Part shown: positions 32,415 through 49,180 of the stretch, one piece after another
How positions within the stretch are numbered: the stretch's first letter is position 1
Layout: the number at the start of each line of letters is the position of its first letter
Assembly: GCF_009914755.1 (NCBI RefSeq)
Contig: NC_060930.1
Reading direction: 5' to 3' (one strand)
Source of the DNA: the human T2T-CHM13v2.0 reference genome, Homo sapiens
DNA: 64,000 nucleotides
Position numbers and translations under genes: made by a program
The notes under the pieces: model-generated
What the model was told of the DNA's origin: nothing
The model's input: only the letters and a program-made list of their open reading frames with translations
The model's database searches: none

Positions 32415-32521
32415 GTTCTGGAGACAGTTCTAGGTTTCTAGAGACTAGTCAAGTCTAGAAATTAGTCTAGTTTCTAGAGACTCTAGGTTTCTAGAGTTCT
32501 AGGTTCTGGAGACTAGTCAAG
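32415..32521. repeat. CTAG-rich mosaic of short direct and inverted repeats
   Basis: 10 CTAG tetramers in about 90 bp; tctaggtttctagag and gagactagtcaag each occur twice. Confidence 0.9.
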
Positions 32522-32707
32522 GTTTTGAATTATAGCCAGCATGTCAGCACTAAATCCTGCTTTTTATAATCCGTGTACAAGGGCAGAACATCTTTGGCAG
32601 CAGAATGCAAGAATACTTCCACCGTGGCAACCTGACGTAGTTCTAGAATATTCTAAATATTAAGGACTTGGTGAGAAACCATTCATTCATTCAGCAAATA
32701 GATCTTA

Positions 32708-33041
<334 letters not shown>

Positions 33042-33954
33042 TCAGTAGAGATTCTAGTTCTACTGAAGTGACAAAAACATATAGAAAAAAGTAAAATTCA
33101 CCTAATGCTCTTTTTTTACTGGCATGGTTGGTATCAGACAACAATTTTAACATCAGCAAAACTGGCAAAAATGATTAGTTTTTTTAACTGCCTATATTTG
33201 GCTTCACACAGTAGCAGTTTAGCACTCAGAGCTGTAAACGTCTGTCCATTGACTGTCCCAGAGACTGAATGATCACTGACCTACTACTGTTTCTTCACCC
33301 AGTCCTCCCTGAAGCCACTATGCTGTCATACGGTGGCCTGCGTGGGGACCTACCTAGATCAGCATGTAAGAAAGATACTTCACTTCCCATGTTTTCTTGC
33401 CAAGATAATGCCCACTTTGTGCTCCTCATTTCCTCTTTTTCACTGCTTGTTCTGATAGTAATTCTAGTAATAGCCTTTTGTACATACACATAATCTCTTT
33501 AACTGTCTGCATCTTCCTTCTCACCCAAGGATAGCCTTTTGCATATAAACATATTCTCTTTAATTACCTGCCTCTTCTTTCTTTCTCACCAAAGGAACGT
33601 AAAGAACATCCTGCCCAGCCTTCTAGGCATTCCTTCAATAATTTTCGGGTGCCTGTGCATGACACTACACTGGTTTTATAGTCGATAAAGTTTGGATACG
33701 ACATTAGTTCTACATTCATAAAGCTTGTACTCTCACAGACATGACAATTTATAAACTAAAAACTGTAAGATGAAGTAGAAAATGTGTCAGACTATAAGAG
33801 ACTTTTTCTACTCCTTTTTTTCATTTTCAAATTAAAAATGCATTCGTGTAGAATTTCAGATGTTCTACATTATTATTTGATATAGTGTAGAAAAAGGAAA
33901 TGTTGAAACTAAAAAATGAGCACATGTTGGTCATCAGTTGGGCTGTAGGCTTTG

Positions 33955-34260
33955 TTCATTTATTTGTTAACCCAGCAAATAATTGAGTGGCCAAGCATTG
34001 TATTGGATGCTTGAGAAGTTAAGGAAAAGACCTTGCCCTCCTCCAGTTGAAAGCTCGGGTGCAGTGGTCCAGGAGGCAGGAAGGCATGGAAACCGCATGT
34101 GCGTGGTATACTGTCTGCGACTCCCTGGGCCCCATCTGGTGGCTAAGAGGGATCCAGCTAAAAAGCTTCATCAGGAAGGTTAGTCTCAAGGCTTTTGAAG
34201 ATGGTAGGGCATGTGATTTTACAAAAAGATGGCTGTGAGGGGTGGGGAAGCAAGCCAAGG
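33955..34260 (-). mobile_element. L2 fragment
   Basis: ttcatttatttg..cagcaaataattgagtg..ccttgccctc. Confidence 0.5.
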
Positions 34261-35864
34261 AAACTAAATAGACCTCTTTGGGAGGGTGAATGTTTCCTAA
34301 GTCTTTGATTCAAACTTGGCTAAGGGCAAAGGACAAGGGAAATCCCATAATTTTGAGAAAGGGAATGATGTAAATATAATGTGATGGTAGTTTTACATCT
34401 TTTAAATGACTTTATCTTTTAGGCTGGGAAAGAGTAAATGCAGGTCAGCCACCTATTTATGAGTCCCAGTTCATCTTTTTTAGAAAGTCAGATAACACTT
34501 TTCAAGACATACTGCTTATTAATCCTAGACATGAGAGACTTATGAAAGGCAAAAGATATGGTGATGCTTCACTTAACTAAATCCCAGAAAATGTTGGCTC
34601 CCCTTCTAAAAATCTTGAAATACAGTGTTTTTTGGAACATTAATAAGAAGACAGCTTGCTATCACCAAATTGTTAGTCTGCATTAGAAACTCAAAACTGC
34701 TAACAGATGCACCCAGCAGATTTTTAAATATGGAATTATTTCAGCCAGCTGCCAAATCATTGATCTATGTAACTTTTTAAAATATGAAATATACATATGA
34801 ATCTACATAACTGTTCAATTGACAAATGTTCCTGTTTGTAGTGTATACCATGAACACTTGATTTCCAAACTGAGACTTGCCTTGACTAGAACTAAGCTAC
34901 TTAGATTAACTCAGTAGTCTAAAAACAATTTAGATTAAGTTTTTTAGAGTAGGGTTTAGGTCTTAGTCCTGATTCTCTCCTTTAACTAACTAACACTGGA
35001 TAGGTCTCAGCATGCCTGAGAATTTTCCACATTCCTTTAAAACCATGTTTCGAGTTTGTACATATGAGATTTATACGATGCACATATAATCAGTGTATGT
35101 TGTTAGAATATATTTAGAAAAACTCCCCACGTGTTCACATTAATTAGGTAATGAATTTACTAAAGCACATGGGCCCAGGTCCACTATGTGCCCACATACA
35201 TTAGTCATACTTGCTCCCATGAAGGAGTTGAATAGCAGAGGAGTGATAAACAGAACATCGCTCCTGTTCCCTTTAGAAGCTAGACTCCAGTCCTGGACAT
35301 ATCTGTCTGTCAACTCTAAACCCCATCTATTTGGGGGTTTGTTTAAAATGGGTGCACACAAGAGAGTTGTCAGCCCAGGCTCCCTGGACCTGTGGCCACA
35401 TGGTATGAGACGGAGACCTAAGTTTAGCCAGTCCTGTCCACACACCCACCCAATCCACCCAACTAGATGCCTCTTTAAAAAATAAGCAAGTGTATCTCCC
35501 ATTTTTATAATAAAATTCCACTTATGAAGCTTCTCAATTTTGCAAAATTTTCCTTTTGTAATTTTTTAAACTTTTGTTAAATTTTAAGAGTCTTTATCTG
35601 TCCCTTTATATAGATAAAATTGGGTCTCAGAATATTCCTATTTATTTTTTCATTATGATCCTATTTTTTAAATCATACAAATAATGCATACTGTAGAAAA
35701 TAGTATAAGATAGAGGTAAGTATGGAAAAAATAAATCACATGATTCTAAATCCGAGCATTTTTTATTCTTAAAAAAACAGGAGAATTCTGTTTGCCATAC
35801 AGAATAAAACACTGCAAAAAGAAAATTGTTTTAAAGAGTACCAGACAGTGTAGAGTAGAGGAGG

Positions 35865-36065
35865 CATCATTCGTTCTGGAGTCCCCAGAGCTGGGCTTTC
35901 AGCCTGGTTTTGCCACTTACACAATATGTTGCCTTGAGCCATAGGCCTACTCTCTTCGAAAATGGGGATAATGATGCCCGTCTGTCCAGGGTGCTGATGG
36001 GAATCCATCGCAGAGGCAGAGTGTAAAGCAAATGGGTGGGTGTTATCAAGTATAAGACTGTGCAT
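35865..36065 (+). mobile_element. MIR
   Basis: ctggagtc..gagctgggct..tgccacttac..aaatggggataatgatg. Confidence 0.7.
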
Positions 36066-36183
36066 AATACATGTCATTGATCACATATACCTAAAGTGCT
36101 GCTCTTACTAGAACATTTTTTGGAAGACAGATTTCAAAGGGTTCTGAGATGAATTTAGTGGACAGAGTTTTGAATCCGAAAGC

Positions 36184-36588
36184 TGTTTTAGTTTGCTTTT
36201 AATAGAATACCTAAAACAGTAATTTATAAATAAAAGGAATTTATTTCCTACAGTTATGGAGGCTGAGAAGTCCAGGGTCAAGGGGCTGCATCTGGTGAGG
36301 GCCTTCTTGCTGATGGGGACTCTGCAGAGTCCTGAGGTGGTCCTGGGCATCACAGGGCAAGGGGGCTGAGTGTGCTAGCACAGGTCTCTCTTCCTCCTTT
36401 TGTAAAACTACCAGTCCCATTCCCATGATTACCTATTAATCCAGTCATCCATGAATGGATTAGCCCATTCATGAGGGCAGAGCCTTCATGACCAAATCAC
36501 CTCTTAAAGGCCCAACCTCTCAATGGCGCCACGTTGGGGATTAAGTTTCAGCATGAGTTTCAGATGGGTGGACATTCCAATCATTGCA
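36184..36588 (-). mobile_element. MaLR solo LTR (MST family, MSTC-like)
   Basis: TG...CA ends; 5-bp TSD aaagc (36179-36183 and 36589-36593); ggaggctgagaagtccagggtcaagggg and atgagggcagagcc motifs. Confidence 0.9.
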
Positions 36589-36989
36589 AAAGCTGACACG
36601 AGGGATGATAAACTCACAGTATAGTCTTGCTAGTATGTGTAAGGTGACATATAATCCTAATGAAAAAGAAAGGAGGTTCTTGTGCCCCCAGTCTACTCTC
36701 TGACGGGCCAAATCTGAAAGGACCAGCACAGGAGAGGCAGACTCCTACCTAATTCAAGAAGAATGTGGAAGAGAGGTACAGAACTGTAAAGGCAAATCAG
36801 GAGGCTGGAAGTTGGTTTGAGGATGAAGCTTATGTAAAAACAAGTGCCTGTGGCATTATGTTAATAAATGACAAAGCCAGAACTCCATGTCAGAAGGAGC
36901 TAAAGCCTAAAATAGGTGGGAAGATGATGAGGTTGTCCCTAGTTGTTCTCAAAGTTGCTGTTACCTTGAAAAATGACTTCCCTGGGAAC

Positions 36990-38330
36990 CAGAACATCCA
37001 GGTTGGCCTCAAACTTGCTGCCAAACAGGAACTGTGGCAAGCCGGAGAGGATTCTGATGCTTGGAAGTGGGCGAATGTTTTGATTTTCAAGCAAAGAAAA
37101 AGCTAGCTTCCTAGAATTACAGGCCAGTGAACTTGTCATCATTCCCAGAGAGTGCTGAAAAGAATTAATTAAATGATTTTTCAGCTGTTAAAAAGGGATC
37201 CTCTGCCCCAGCAGAACTGGCAGAGATCCCTAATAACAGTTCCTGCCAAAAAAAAATGATTGCAGCTTTGAAAAAGAGGGTTACTTCAATGATGAATGAG
37301 AAAGCGTTGTAGATGCTGTCTCAGGATTTTGGTAAGGTATTTGAGAAAGGCACTACATTTCTTTGTGAAAAGGCAGGAGAAACAGGGCTTGGATGGCAGT
37401 GCAGTCCCACAGGCTCATACCCACCATACTACTCAAACTACCGATTAATGGACCTATGTCTACCTGGGGTGGAGGGCTGCAAGGGTGGACCTCAGACCCC
37501 AATCTCATAATGAGGTAGTGAGTGAGGCAAGACACCCCCTTACCTGGCCATGGCTTAAGAGTTGTAGAGCAGAGATCAGAAGCCACAGCCTTGGTCAGAG
37601 GGAGGGAAACAAGCCCAGCTGGATGAAAAAAAAGGAGCATGGAGACAAAATGGGGGGTGGGGAGCAAGGGACACTGAGGACAGCTGAGAACCAGGGGCTG
37701 CAGGTCTGCCCTGGGGAGGCAGGCAGGTGGGTTTCAAAGGCGGGGCACCATCGCTTGTGGAGGTTTGTCATTCTCAGTGCACTCTTGAGATTGTCACAGA
37801 TCCATTTAAAAGGGCTGAAAGGAGACAGAGATTTGTAACCTCAGACCTGCCCTCTTCAACTGATTTATTACCAGTGTGAATGAGGACGTGGATATAAGAC
37901 ATGTTCATTAAGCCTGCAGGTGATGTGAAGGTGGAAGAGAGAACTAAAACGTTGGATGACTTCGGTACCTAGGTCCAAAAAACTCAGTTGTTCTGAGTGT
38001 GTGATAAAATGCTATTTAGTCGTGACCCGTGAGGAGGAGGTAGAGGCTGGAGAGTCAGTACAGATTAACGTGGCTACAAAAGCGTAAGGAAGACTTAGAC
38101 CTCTGTAGCAGAAGAATATAGTTCAAGCTGAGATGGGTAACAAGCCTTACCTTAACAATATTTCTCTGTCCCCCACAAGTCAGACCACATCTGAAATTTT
38201 AAAATGAGCTCCAGTTTCCATCACTGAAGGGCAAATCTTGAGTGTATCCATTGGAGAATGCCGTAGATACTTTGAGATTTCATTCATATATATATATGGA
38301 TTAATATGCTCACCCTGGAGAGCATTTGAG
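36990..38330 (+). mobile_element. L3/CR1 LINE fossil covering the reverse-transcriptase domain, interrupted at about 37500-37837
   Basis: Degenerate translations WKWANVLIFK, NYRPVNLSSFP, QDFGKVFEK and MFIKPAGDVKV match CR1 RT motifs WRRANVTPIFK, NYRPVSLTS, LDFSKAFD and KFADDTKL, in the right order. Confidence 0.8.
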
Positions 38331-38461
38331 GGATTTTAAGGCCACTGGCTTGAAATAAGCGACGTGCACCTGAGGGATTGGATGTATCTTTGGTAACACC
38401 ATAGGGCGTAGGTTTGAGCTTCTTAGCCTTTGGCGCTGTCTGAAAAGAAAATGGAGGCCTT

Positions 38462-38812
<351 letters not shown>

Positions 38813-39132
38813 TCACCTTCAGGGAAGTTAGAGAGACAACTCAGGGATCTGAGGAGACGTTGATCTGAAGACACCTAGGCCCCTTTGGAGCTAAGGTTAT
38901 GTGGTCCTCATTCTATCATTTATATGTTTGTGTAGTGTGGGTACTCAAATCATCACATGCTCCTTCCGCATTGGTGGTATAAAAGCTGTGCTATTTGAGA
39001 TTGTCTCCTTGTTAGGGGTATGATTCGAACTGGAAAGTTTGGGTTATCTTGTATGACAAAGGTATCAGTTTCAACCTAGTTTCTTCCATGAGACCCATTC
39101 TAATCCTTCAGGGAGGAACTTGATTGAAATGA

Positions 39133-39527
<395 letters not shown>

Positions 39528-39637
39528 CCAGAGCACCTTTTTATAGGTTAAAGTGAGCTGTATTTTTTCCTTAAAGCTTTTAAAATCTTCTTCTTTTCAG
39601 ATAAGGTGATAAGGATAGACATTTTAATATTTTTTAA

Positions 39638-40008
<371 letters not shown>

Positions 40009-40599
40009 TAGAACTTTGTACAAACCAGAGGTGCAGTGTCATTAAGTATAACTGATAAATGATGGCAGCCTTCCTGGTTCTCGTCAGTGCTGCTGTGACC
40101 ACAACCTACAGTCAGGTGTCTGTCCTTGTCCTTTTGAACAGGGGAAGGGATTCAAGAGCCATGGGAACTTTGTTTCTGACATATTCTCAGGAAGAGACAG
40201 GGATCTGCTGATTACTCTGCTGGGGACATGTTGGACTAGTCATTGTACACACATTCCTTCCCACCCAAAATGGGAATGCTTGTAGGAAATCAGGGAATAT
40301 TTTTCCAGGTCACAGGTTTACCTTCTTAACACAATTTGAAAGCAATGTTAACTACTGACTTTCCAAAACTACACTCTAGGCCAGGCTTTCTTTCCTAAAT
40401 GGAGACACCCATCTCCACTGCCTAGGTTGCTCATTTTATGCGTTATGGCATTGGCCTGAAGGCCCTTGGTTTTCGATACTAGATGGCTCCAGAGTGTTTC
40501 ACTTTGCACAGGTCAGCCACCACTTCTCCTTCTTCCTCTTCTTCTCCTCCCTTCTCTCTCCTCTCCTTTCACTTTTTCACACTCCTCAAGCGCTTGCAC

Positions 40600-40850
40600 G
40601 TTTTCTCTGTTAGAGAAAGCCCTAAAGAGCACCCTACCTCAAATCAGGGCCATGCCTTGCCCCCATCCTTTCTTTTCCCCTGATCAGTTTTTTCTTACAG
40701 CGTGGTTCTGCTCACTTGGTGTCACTCTGTCTGTCCACTTGTGTGTCCACTCCAGAGGTCAGAGGTGGGGCTTTATTCACCTTTTGTTTCCAGCTTCTAG
40801 GACAGTCCCAGGCATGTGTATCGTAAGCTAACGATTATTATCTGGTGGAA
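40600..40850 (+). mobile_element. L2 fragment
   Basis: ctccagagg..tgtttccagcttctaggacagtcccaggcat. Confidence 0.5.
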
Positions 40851-41021
40851 AAAAGGAGAGAACATGTAAAGGGCATATTTTTACAGTCAGGGGTAAATAG
40901 TAAAGGATAAACTTCTGAAAACCATCTTCATTTCTGGAGCACCCCCATCCTGCCGTAGAAATGAACACAACCTATTATGCTAGTTCAGTGTCCTTGAGGT
41001 ATCTGGTCCTCGACTCCCTAG

Positions 41022-41178
41022 TAGGGTGCTAGATAATATGCAGGATACCCAGTTAAGTTTAAATTGCAGATATGCAACAGGTAATTTTTAGTATAAGTAT
41101 GTCCCATGCAATATTTGGAATACATGTATGCTGAAAATTACTTCTCATATTTTTAATTTGCTACATTTGGCAACCATA
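41022..41178. mobile_element. MER53 palindromic MITE
   Basis: tagggtgctagataa..caggatacccagttaa..tttagtataagtatgtcccatgcaatatttgg..tggcaacc. Confidence 0.88.
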
Positions 41179-41934
41179 CCCCCTAGTTTCCTGATATACA
41201 TTGGCCATATGCAAGGACCTTTCAACGTTCTCTATAGTTTTCCTAAAAGAAATCTGAGCTCTAATGTCAGCCTTGCCCCTGGTAATACAGTACTGCTGAT
41301 TAGAGCTGAGGTTCATTCAGAACTTTTTTTGGACTGAAATACATATCATGAAATTCGTATCATGAACTCTTTAGGGGGGAGTTGCATTTGTATACACAAC
41401 TCTCCCCTAAACTCCACCTCTTTTTCTCCCTCCCAAGAAAACATTAAATATAAATAAGAATGACTATTACAGGAATAACCTTGAGCCCTTCTGATTTATT
41501 ATTTGAAACAAATCATTTGCAAGTTCAGACTTTATCATTGCAACCAAGCTTAGCGAATGACTTGAGACACCCCTCTCAGATGGTCTGGCATTACCCTGCA
41601 GATGCATGTGGAAGTTGGGGGCGGGGGGTGGCTTAGAATTTACTGCTAGAAAATGAGGATTGTGGATTTTATTTTACGTAAGAGATGTGTTGCTTTCTTT
41701 GCAAGAGAAAAAATATCTTGGACCCAAAGAGGACTTTTCTAAAGAGATAGAGATGGCTCAGTAAAAGCACACCTCATTACTAGAAAAACAACCCAAAACA
41801 TGTATATTATTAAGAGTGGGTTAACAGTCTCATTTTTACATGTAACAAAGCAAAAGTAAAATTTTAACTCCACTGAGAGAGCCACTTAAGTGGTTGTAGT
41901 GACCAGATGAGAACATGTCCTGGATTTAAAAAAA

Positions 41935-41989
41935 AAAAAAGTTGTAGTGAAAAAAGTTGTAGTGAAAAAAAAAATAGTTGTAGTGAAAA
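41935..41989. repeat. (A)n-GTTGTAGTG repeat, 3 copies
   Basis: gttgtagtgaaaaaa x2 plus gttgtagtgaaaa. Confidence 0.85.
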
Positions 41990-42328
41990 TCTTTTTGAAA
42001 GTACAAAATGAGAAATGAGTCTATCTTTTCAGAGTTAATATTCACCACCACGTTTTTATTCTTACTTTGCTATAAAAATTGCCTAGGCAGTTTGAGAAAT
42101 ACCAGAGACATTAGAGGCCTGAGTCACAGAGTAAACCAAAAATAAATCCACTGAGATAATCTTTAAATGATTACTTTGAAATGTAATTGAGGATTTGATA
42201 CAAAATTTTTAAAGACAAACGCTAACATACTGCCCCATCTAAATTATACCTCGAGTTTAATTTCCTTTTCTTAAGAAAGAAATAAATGAATAGTCATAAT
42301 ATTTATATGAATCCCTTGGTTCCACTCA

Positions 42329-43183
<855 letters not shown>

Positions 43184-43604
43184 TTACCTACTGAGCATCC
43201 TGGGAGGTGTTCCAAAGAGTGAGCTACAGAAGGGGAAGAAATTCTAGCTTGTCATTATTCTGAAGAGAAAGACAGCCAAAAGTTTTGACAAAGGTTTTGG
43301 CCATCAGGCCCTTTCGAGATGATTTCCCCACATGAGCTTTGCTGACAGCTCAAACCCAACTGTGGGTCATGGGTGCAAAGGAGCCCTTTGCCGGGTTGAG
43401 TTCATCTTACACCCTTGCAGACGGTTCCTTCCATTTGACCTGCAATGAGAAGACCACAAACAGCTATAGCCACACTAGAATAGAGCCCCTTGTTGGGGGA
43501 TACATAGTTCTCTGTTAAGAAAACATCACAAAAAAGAAAATGTCCATAATTTTTTGGTTGTGTAACACTTTCTTATAAACAGTTTGCAGTCAGGGCTGTG
43601 CTGA

Positions 43605-44062
<458 letters not shown>

Positions 44063-44940
44063 TAAAGGGTCGGCCTTTCCACTGGCACACAAAGGAGTCC
44101 ATTTACTATACAGTTTGTTTAGCATTTGCATACAAATGATAACTGTACTTACAACTTAACATTTTTTTGTGGCCCATTTCTCAGTGTATATATGATGAAG
44201 GGAGAGAAAGAGCCAACTTGTGTTTCTGACATTTTTACAACACCTGACACTGAATGGAGGCGGTCATTTCATCTTGACTTAGTGTTTGTAAAGTGGATCG
44301 AGCTCTCCTACAATACACATTACAGTTTCATGCCCAGGGAAACATTTCAGTCTACCAGAATGTGGTGCCTGATGTTGACAGGGATCTGGCTCCAAAAAGC
44401 AACGAGCAGTCCTGAAGTGCATTACACTTCAATCAAGAAAATGTCCCATAGTTCACAAGAAGAGAGTGTCATCCTAGGGAATCTCTGGGATTTCTTGTGC
44501 GGATCCAGGGGCATGTTGCATCTGTACTGCTCCCTGATTTGAGCAGATTCATCGGTAGTGCTTCAAATCATTTCGGAACGAGCCTTTGCAAACAATTATA
44601 CGTTATATATTAGATGAGTGGCTTTCAACCCGTATCGCAGAGGCTGTGACGCAGGAACATATAGGGCCCTCTAAGGGACTGGGCCAACTCAGCATCCACC
44701 CAAGCTGCTGGCTACTCATGTTTTACACGTTGGACTCTTAGCTTGAAAAATAGGGAACTAATTGCAAACTAATGCCTGAGCACCTTGGCATTCCTGGCGC
44801 CAACATTTATGGCTTCAGCTATTACAAACCAACACATAATGTAATACTCTAATTTTGCTAAGGCACACATGTGAATAGCATTGACTGCAAGGCGGGTGGG
44901 TGGCCATGCGTCACTCAGGTGGGTGAATCAGCCTCGTTGA

Positions 44941-45277
<337 letters not shown>

Positions 45278-45570
45278 TAAATCATCATTGCATACCTATT
45301 TTAAGAGGGGGGTATTACATACTATGATGGGATTTGTAATTTGGGGATTTGCTAATATCTGAGATGTGTCCCTCACAAATGTCAAGGGCTTCCGTGAAGA
45401 GGTACAGGCCTGGACAGTGATGGAGTGCACGCGCCCTGCCAGGGGTGTTGTGTATGAGGTGTGTTTGCGGATGTTGCGTGCTCTTCACCTCTGAGCATGC
45501 GAGGGAATTCTCTCTGGGTTGCAGATTCAGCATACCTCAGCTCTCAAACACTTCAAAGGAAGAGATTTCC

Positions 45571-45876
<306 letters not shown>

Positions 45877-46107
45877 TCGATTTTCTTGCCCCAAATCCTG
45901 GCCGAGACCTCTGAGGAATATGATTATGGAAAGCCACCCATTTTTTTAAAAAAATCATGTCTTGTTCTATTCTTTCCTTTTGGATCTGCCCAAGACAACT
46001 GTCCGTGAATCTGCTGTGTTTGTAGAAAAAGAGTATCTATTAGTGGTTCATTAATTTGGATCATGTTTGGAGTTCTCAGTGAGCTTGTTAAAATAAGACA
46101 CTGTTCC

Positions 46108-46509
<402 letters not shown>

Positions 46510-47377
46510 TGATTGTTAGGTATGTTAGAGATAGTAGGAACCTTAGCTGAGTCGTCCTTGCTCTGTGGTTTTAAGTGTAAAAATAACCCTAATTATTGTA
46601 TTTGCTACCTTGTGCCCACTTTACAGACTTGAAGCCCTGGTTTCTGTAAGTATATGCATACAAGTAAAGATCTAGTGAAGGCATAGCTGAGTCCTCCCAT
46701 CGAGGGCAGCTGGGCATGGTCCCTGCAAGAACTTTTTCTGGCCGTTTGTCCCCTGCTAACCTTGCACCACCCAGGGCTGTGGGTAGGTGTTCCTGTCCTA
46801 GATATTCCAGGGGTCACTTGTCCCTTGGGCTGCATTTTCTGGCATCCCAGAAAAGTGAGTGGCTTGTCATTTCCTTGACTAAGTCATGTCAATTCTCTGC
46901 CACTAATTCAGTTTGCAAATGAGTTTCTTCAGCTATTTAAAAAAAAAAAAATAGCATCTGCTCAAATGGGCGGCCATATAGTCTCTCGAATTCAGTTGTG
47001 GAGACAGCTGAGGACACCAGATTGAGTTTGTTTCGGCAAACTGGATATATGAAAATTGAAGATTTTTTTTAAATGGGTGATTGTTCACTTTTTGAAAGGT
47101 TTCTTTGCCTACAAAAAGATTAACAATAGGATTTCTTCGAACATTGACTTCTTCCAGCACACTAAAAATAAGATTTAATTAATGCCTTGAGTTTCTAGAG
47201 CATACTTTATGCATAAATGTGGCATGCCTGTAAGAAATATTGAAAGTTTTTTAAAGTTAACATTTAAAATTATTAAAAATTTTCATCTGATGGGTTCAAT
47301 TCTGCTAAAAAAAATATTGATAGTTTTCACTCTAGTCTTCAAGGGGTAAGAATACATCCTACTAAATGATAGTTTGA

Positions 47378-47708
47378 GGCTGGGTGCGGTGGCTCATGCC
47401 ACCACTTTGACTCATTCCCAGCACTTTGGGAGGCCAAGGCAGGAGGATCACCTGAGGTCAGGAGTTCGAGACCAGCCTGGTCAACATGGTGAAACCCTAT
47501 CTCTACTAAAATACAAAAATTAGCCGGGCGTGGTGGTATGTGCCTGTAGTCCCGGCTACTCAGGAGGCTGAGGCAGGAGAATCACTTGAACCCGGGAGGC
47601 GGAGGTTGTAGTGAGCTGAGAGCACGCCACTGCATTCTAGCCTGGGTGACAGAATGAGACTGTATCTTAAAATAAATATAATAAAATTAAATTGAATTAA
47701 ATAAAAAA
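47378..47708 (+). mobile_element. AluS with a small anomalous 5' insertion
   Basis: Full dimer; accactttgactcatt replaces tgtaatc. Confidence 0.92.
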
Positions 47709-49024
47709 AATTTTGAACATGCCAGATTTTAAAGTGAGAGCAGCAGCACATCATGTGACCTGCCATGCATTAATCTTACAGTATTTGTTCTTGGAAACTT
47801 AAAGTCAAACCTTTTCACCTTTAAGCTAGAAGGAGAAGGATCTGAAGTCAGCTCTCATGTAAAATGCATCAGCTCTCAGCATCAGCCTGCAGTCTGAAGG
47901 CCTCCAAGCAGTCGAGGTGATTGTACTGCCAATGGAATGAGTGTCATGAAGCTGCCTTGTACAAATGGCCTAGAATGATTACGTGCTGAGCAGGTAGACT
48001 TTCCTCTTCCAGGATAGCTATTTAGTGTTATTCCATTTCATTGAATGTTGAATGGCCATTAAGCCCCATGCCCGGGAGTCTAATCTTACCAAGATGAATT
48101 CAGACGTTGGCCCTAGCTGTGGGGAGTCTGCATTCTCACTTTCCTAGCCTGTCAACGTGGCAGTCTGCTGTCAGGTGACAGAGTGGTTGGTGCCTTGAAC
48201 AACCTGTTTTTGTCCTCTTTCTCTTGCAGCTTCTTGTCCTATCGGCCAACCCCCGACCTGAAGGCCAGTGTCAAAGTGTCAGGGTGTCAAAGTGCAGAAT
48301 TGTCAGGTCATACGTAGTCAAAAACAATCAGGTGTGGTTCTCTGTGCGCTGTTAGCAGAAATTCCTTGGATTTTTTTCTTGTACCTCGACAGGAGCATGG
48401 ATATTGACTTTCTCTTTGAACACAGGTGTCTTGATTCCTAGTTACTTGTGATTCTCTCATCCAAGTAGGAATGGCCCAGAGATAGAGGGAGAGTGTTGGG
48501 AGGTGGAGGGGGAAAGAGGCAGCCTGTTTAGTTTCTGGGGCTGGGGAGCAGGGTGGAGAAAGGGCATATCCTGATTCCCTAGTGGCCAGGGAGGTGGAGA
48601 GTGTGTGGTCAGCACACTCACTGCCACCGGACCTATGAGAAGGTGGTGGCCTCTTTCATCACCTTTTAAATCAATAACAGAGGAGCTCCCAGTCAAGGAA
48701 AGGAGGGGGAAGATGGGGATCTGAACAGGGCTCTCCTCGGAGACATGACCAAGGGAGACTCGTGACTGGGCATCCTTACCTACTGTGAAGGCCTGGCAGA
48801 GGAGGCAGCATTAGGTAGAGAGGTGTGGCTGGTTGAGCCCCCTCAAGGTAGAGCAGAGGGCAGAGCATCCCAGAAGGAGGAAATGGGAAACCCCGGCCTT
48901 GCTCCTGTAACTGCAGGTGTCATTGAAGGTGTCATCTCTGCTGTCCCCTTGGTCCCCAGGGCGGCCTGAGAACGCGGCTGGCAGAAGGAAGAATGGGTAC
49001 CCTTCCAGTTTCTCACTCAACCCC

Positions 49025-49180
49025 ACAGTTAGCCTCAGGGGCGGTGTTAATCTCCATTTGACAACTGAGGAAAGTGGGAGTAGCTAAGGAGCTTGCCCAA
49101 GGAGTGCACGCCTAATGAACAAAACCAAAGATGCAAACCCAGCGCATCTGATTCCAGATCCCCAGTGCACGCTTCTCCCC
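49025..49180 (-). mobile_element. MIR, antisense
   Basis: tctccatttgacaactgaggaaa..cttgcccaagg..gcaaacccag. Confidence 0.65.

Noticed and set aside
36765-37510. ORFs with reverse-transcriptase-like words, as a possible active RT or retron-like system
   Set aside because: These are frameshifted, stop-ridden CR1/L3 remnants, and the catalytic FADD-equivalent reads PAGD.
37510-37530. miRNA-like words (tgaggtagt, let-7-like; also tacagtactg at about 41287 and aacattcat at 16631)
   Set aside because: The matches are seed-length only, with no full mature sequence or supporting hairpin.
44144-44158. atttgcatacaaatg as an Oct-Sox composite
   Set aside because: The octamer is perfect but the Sox half is non-canonical, so a chance match is likely.
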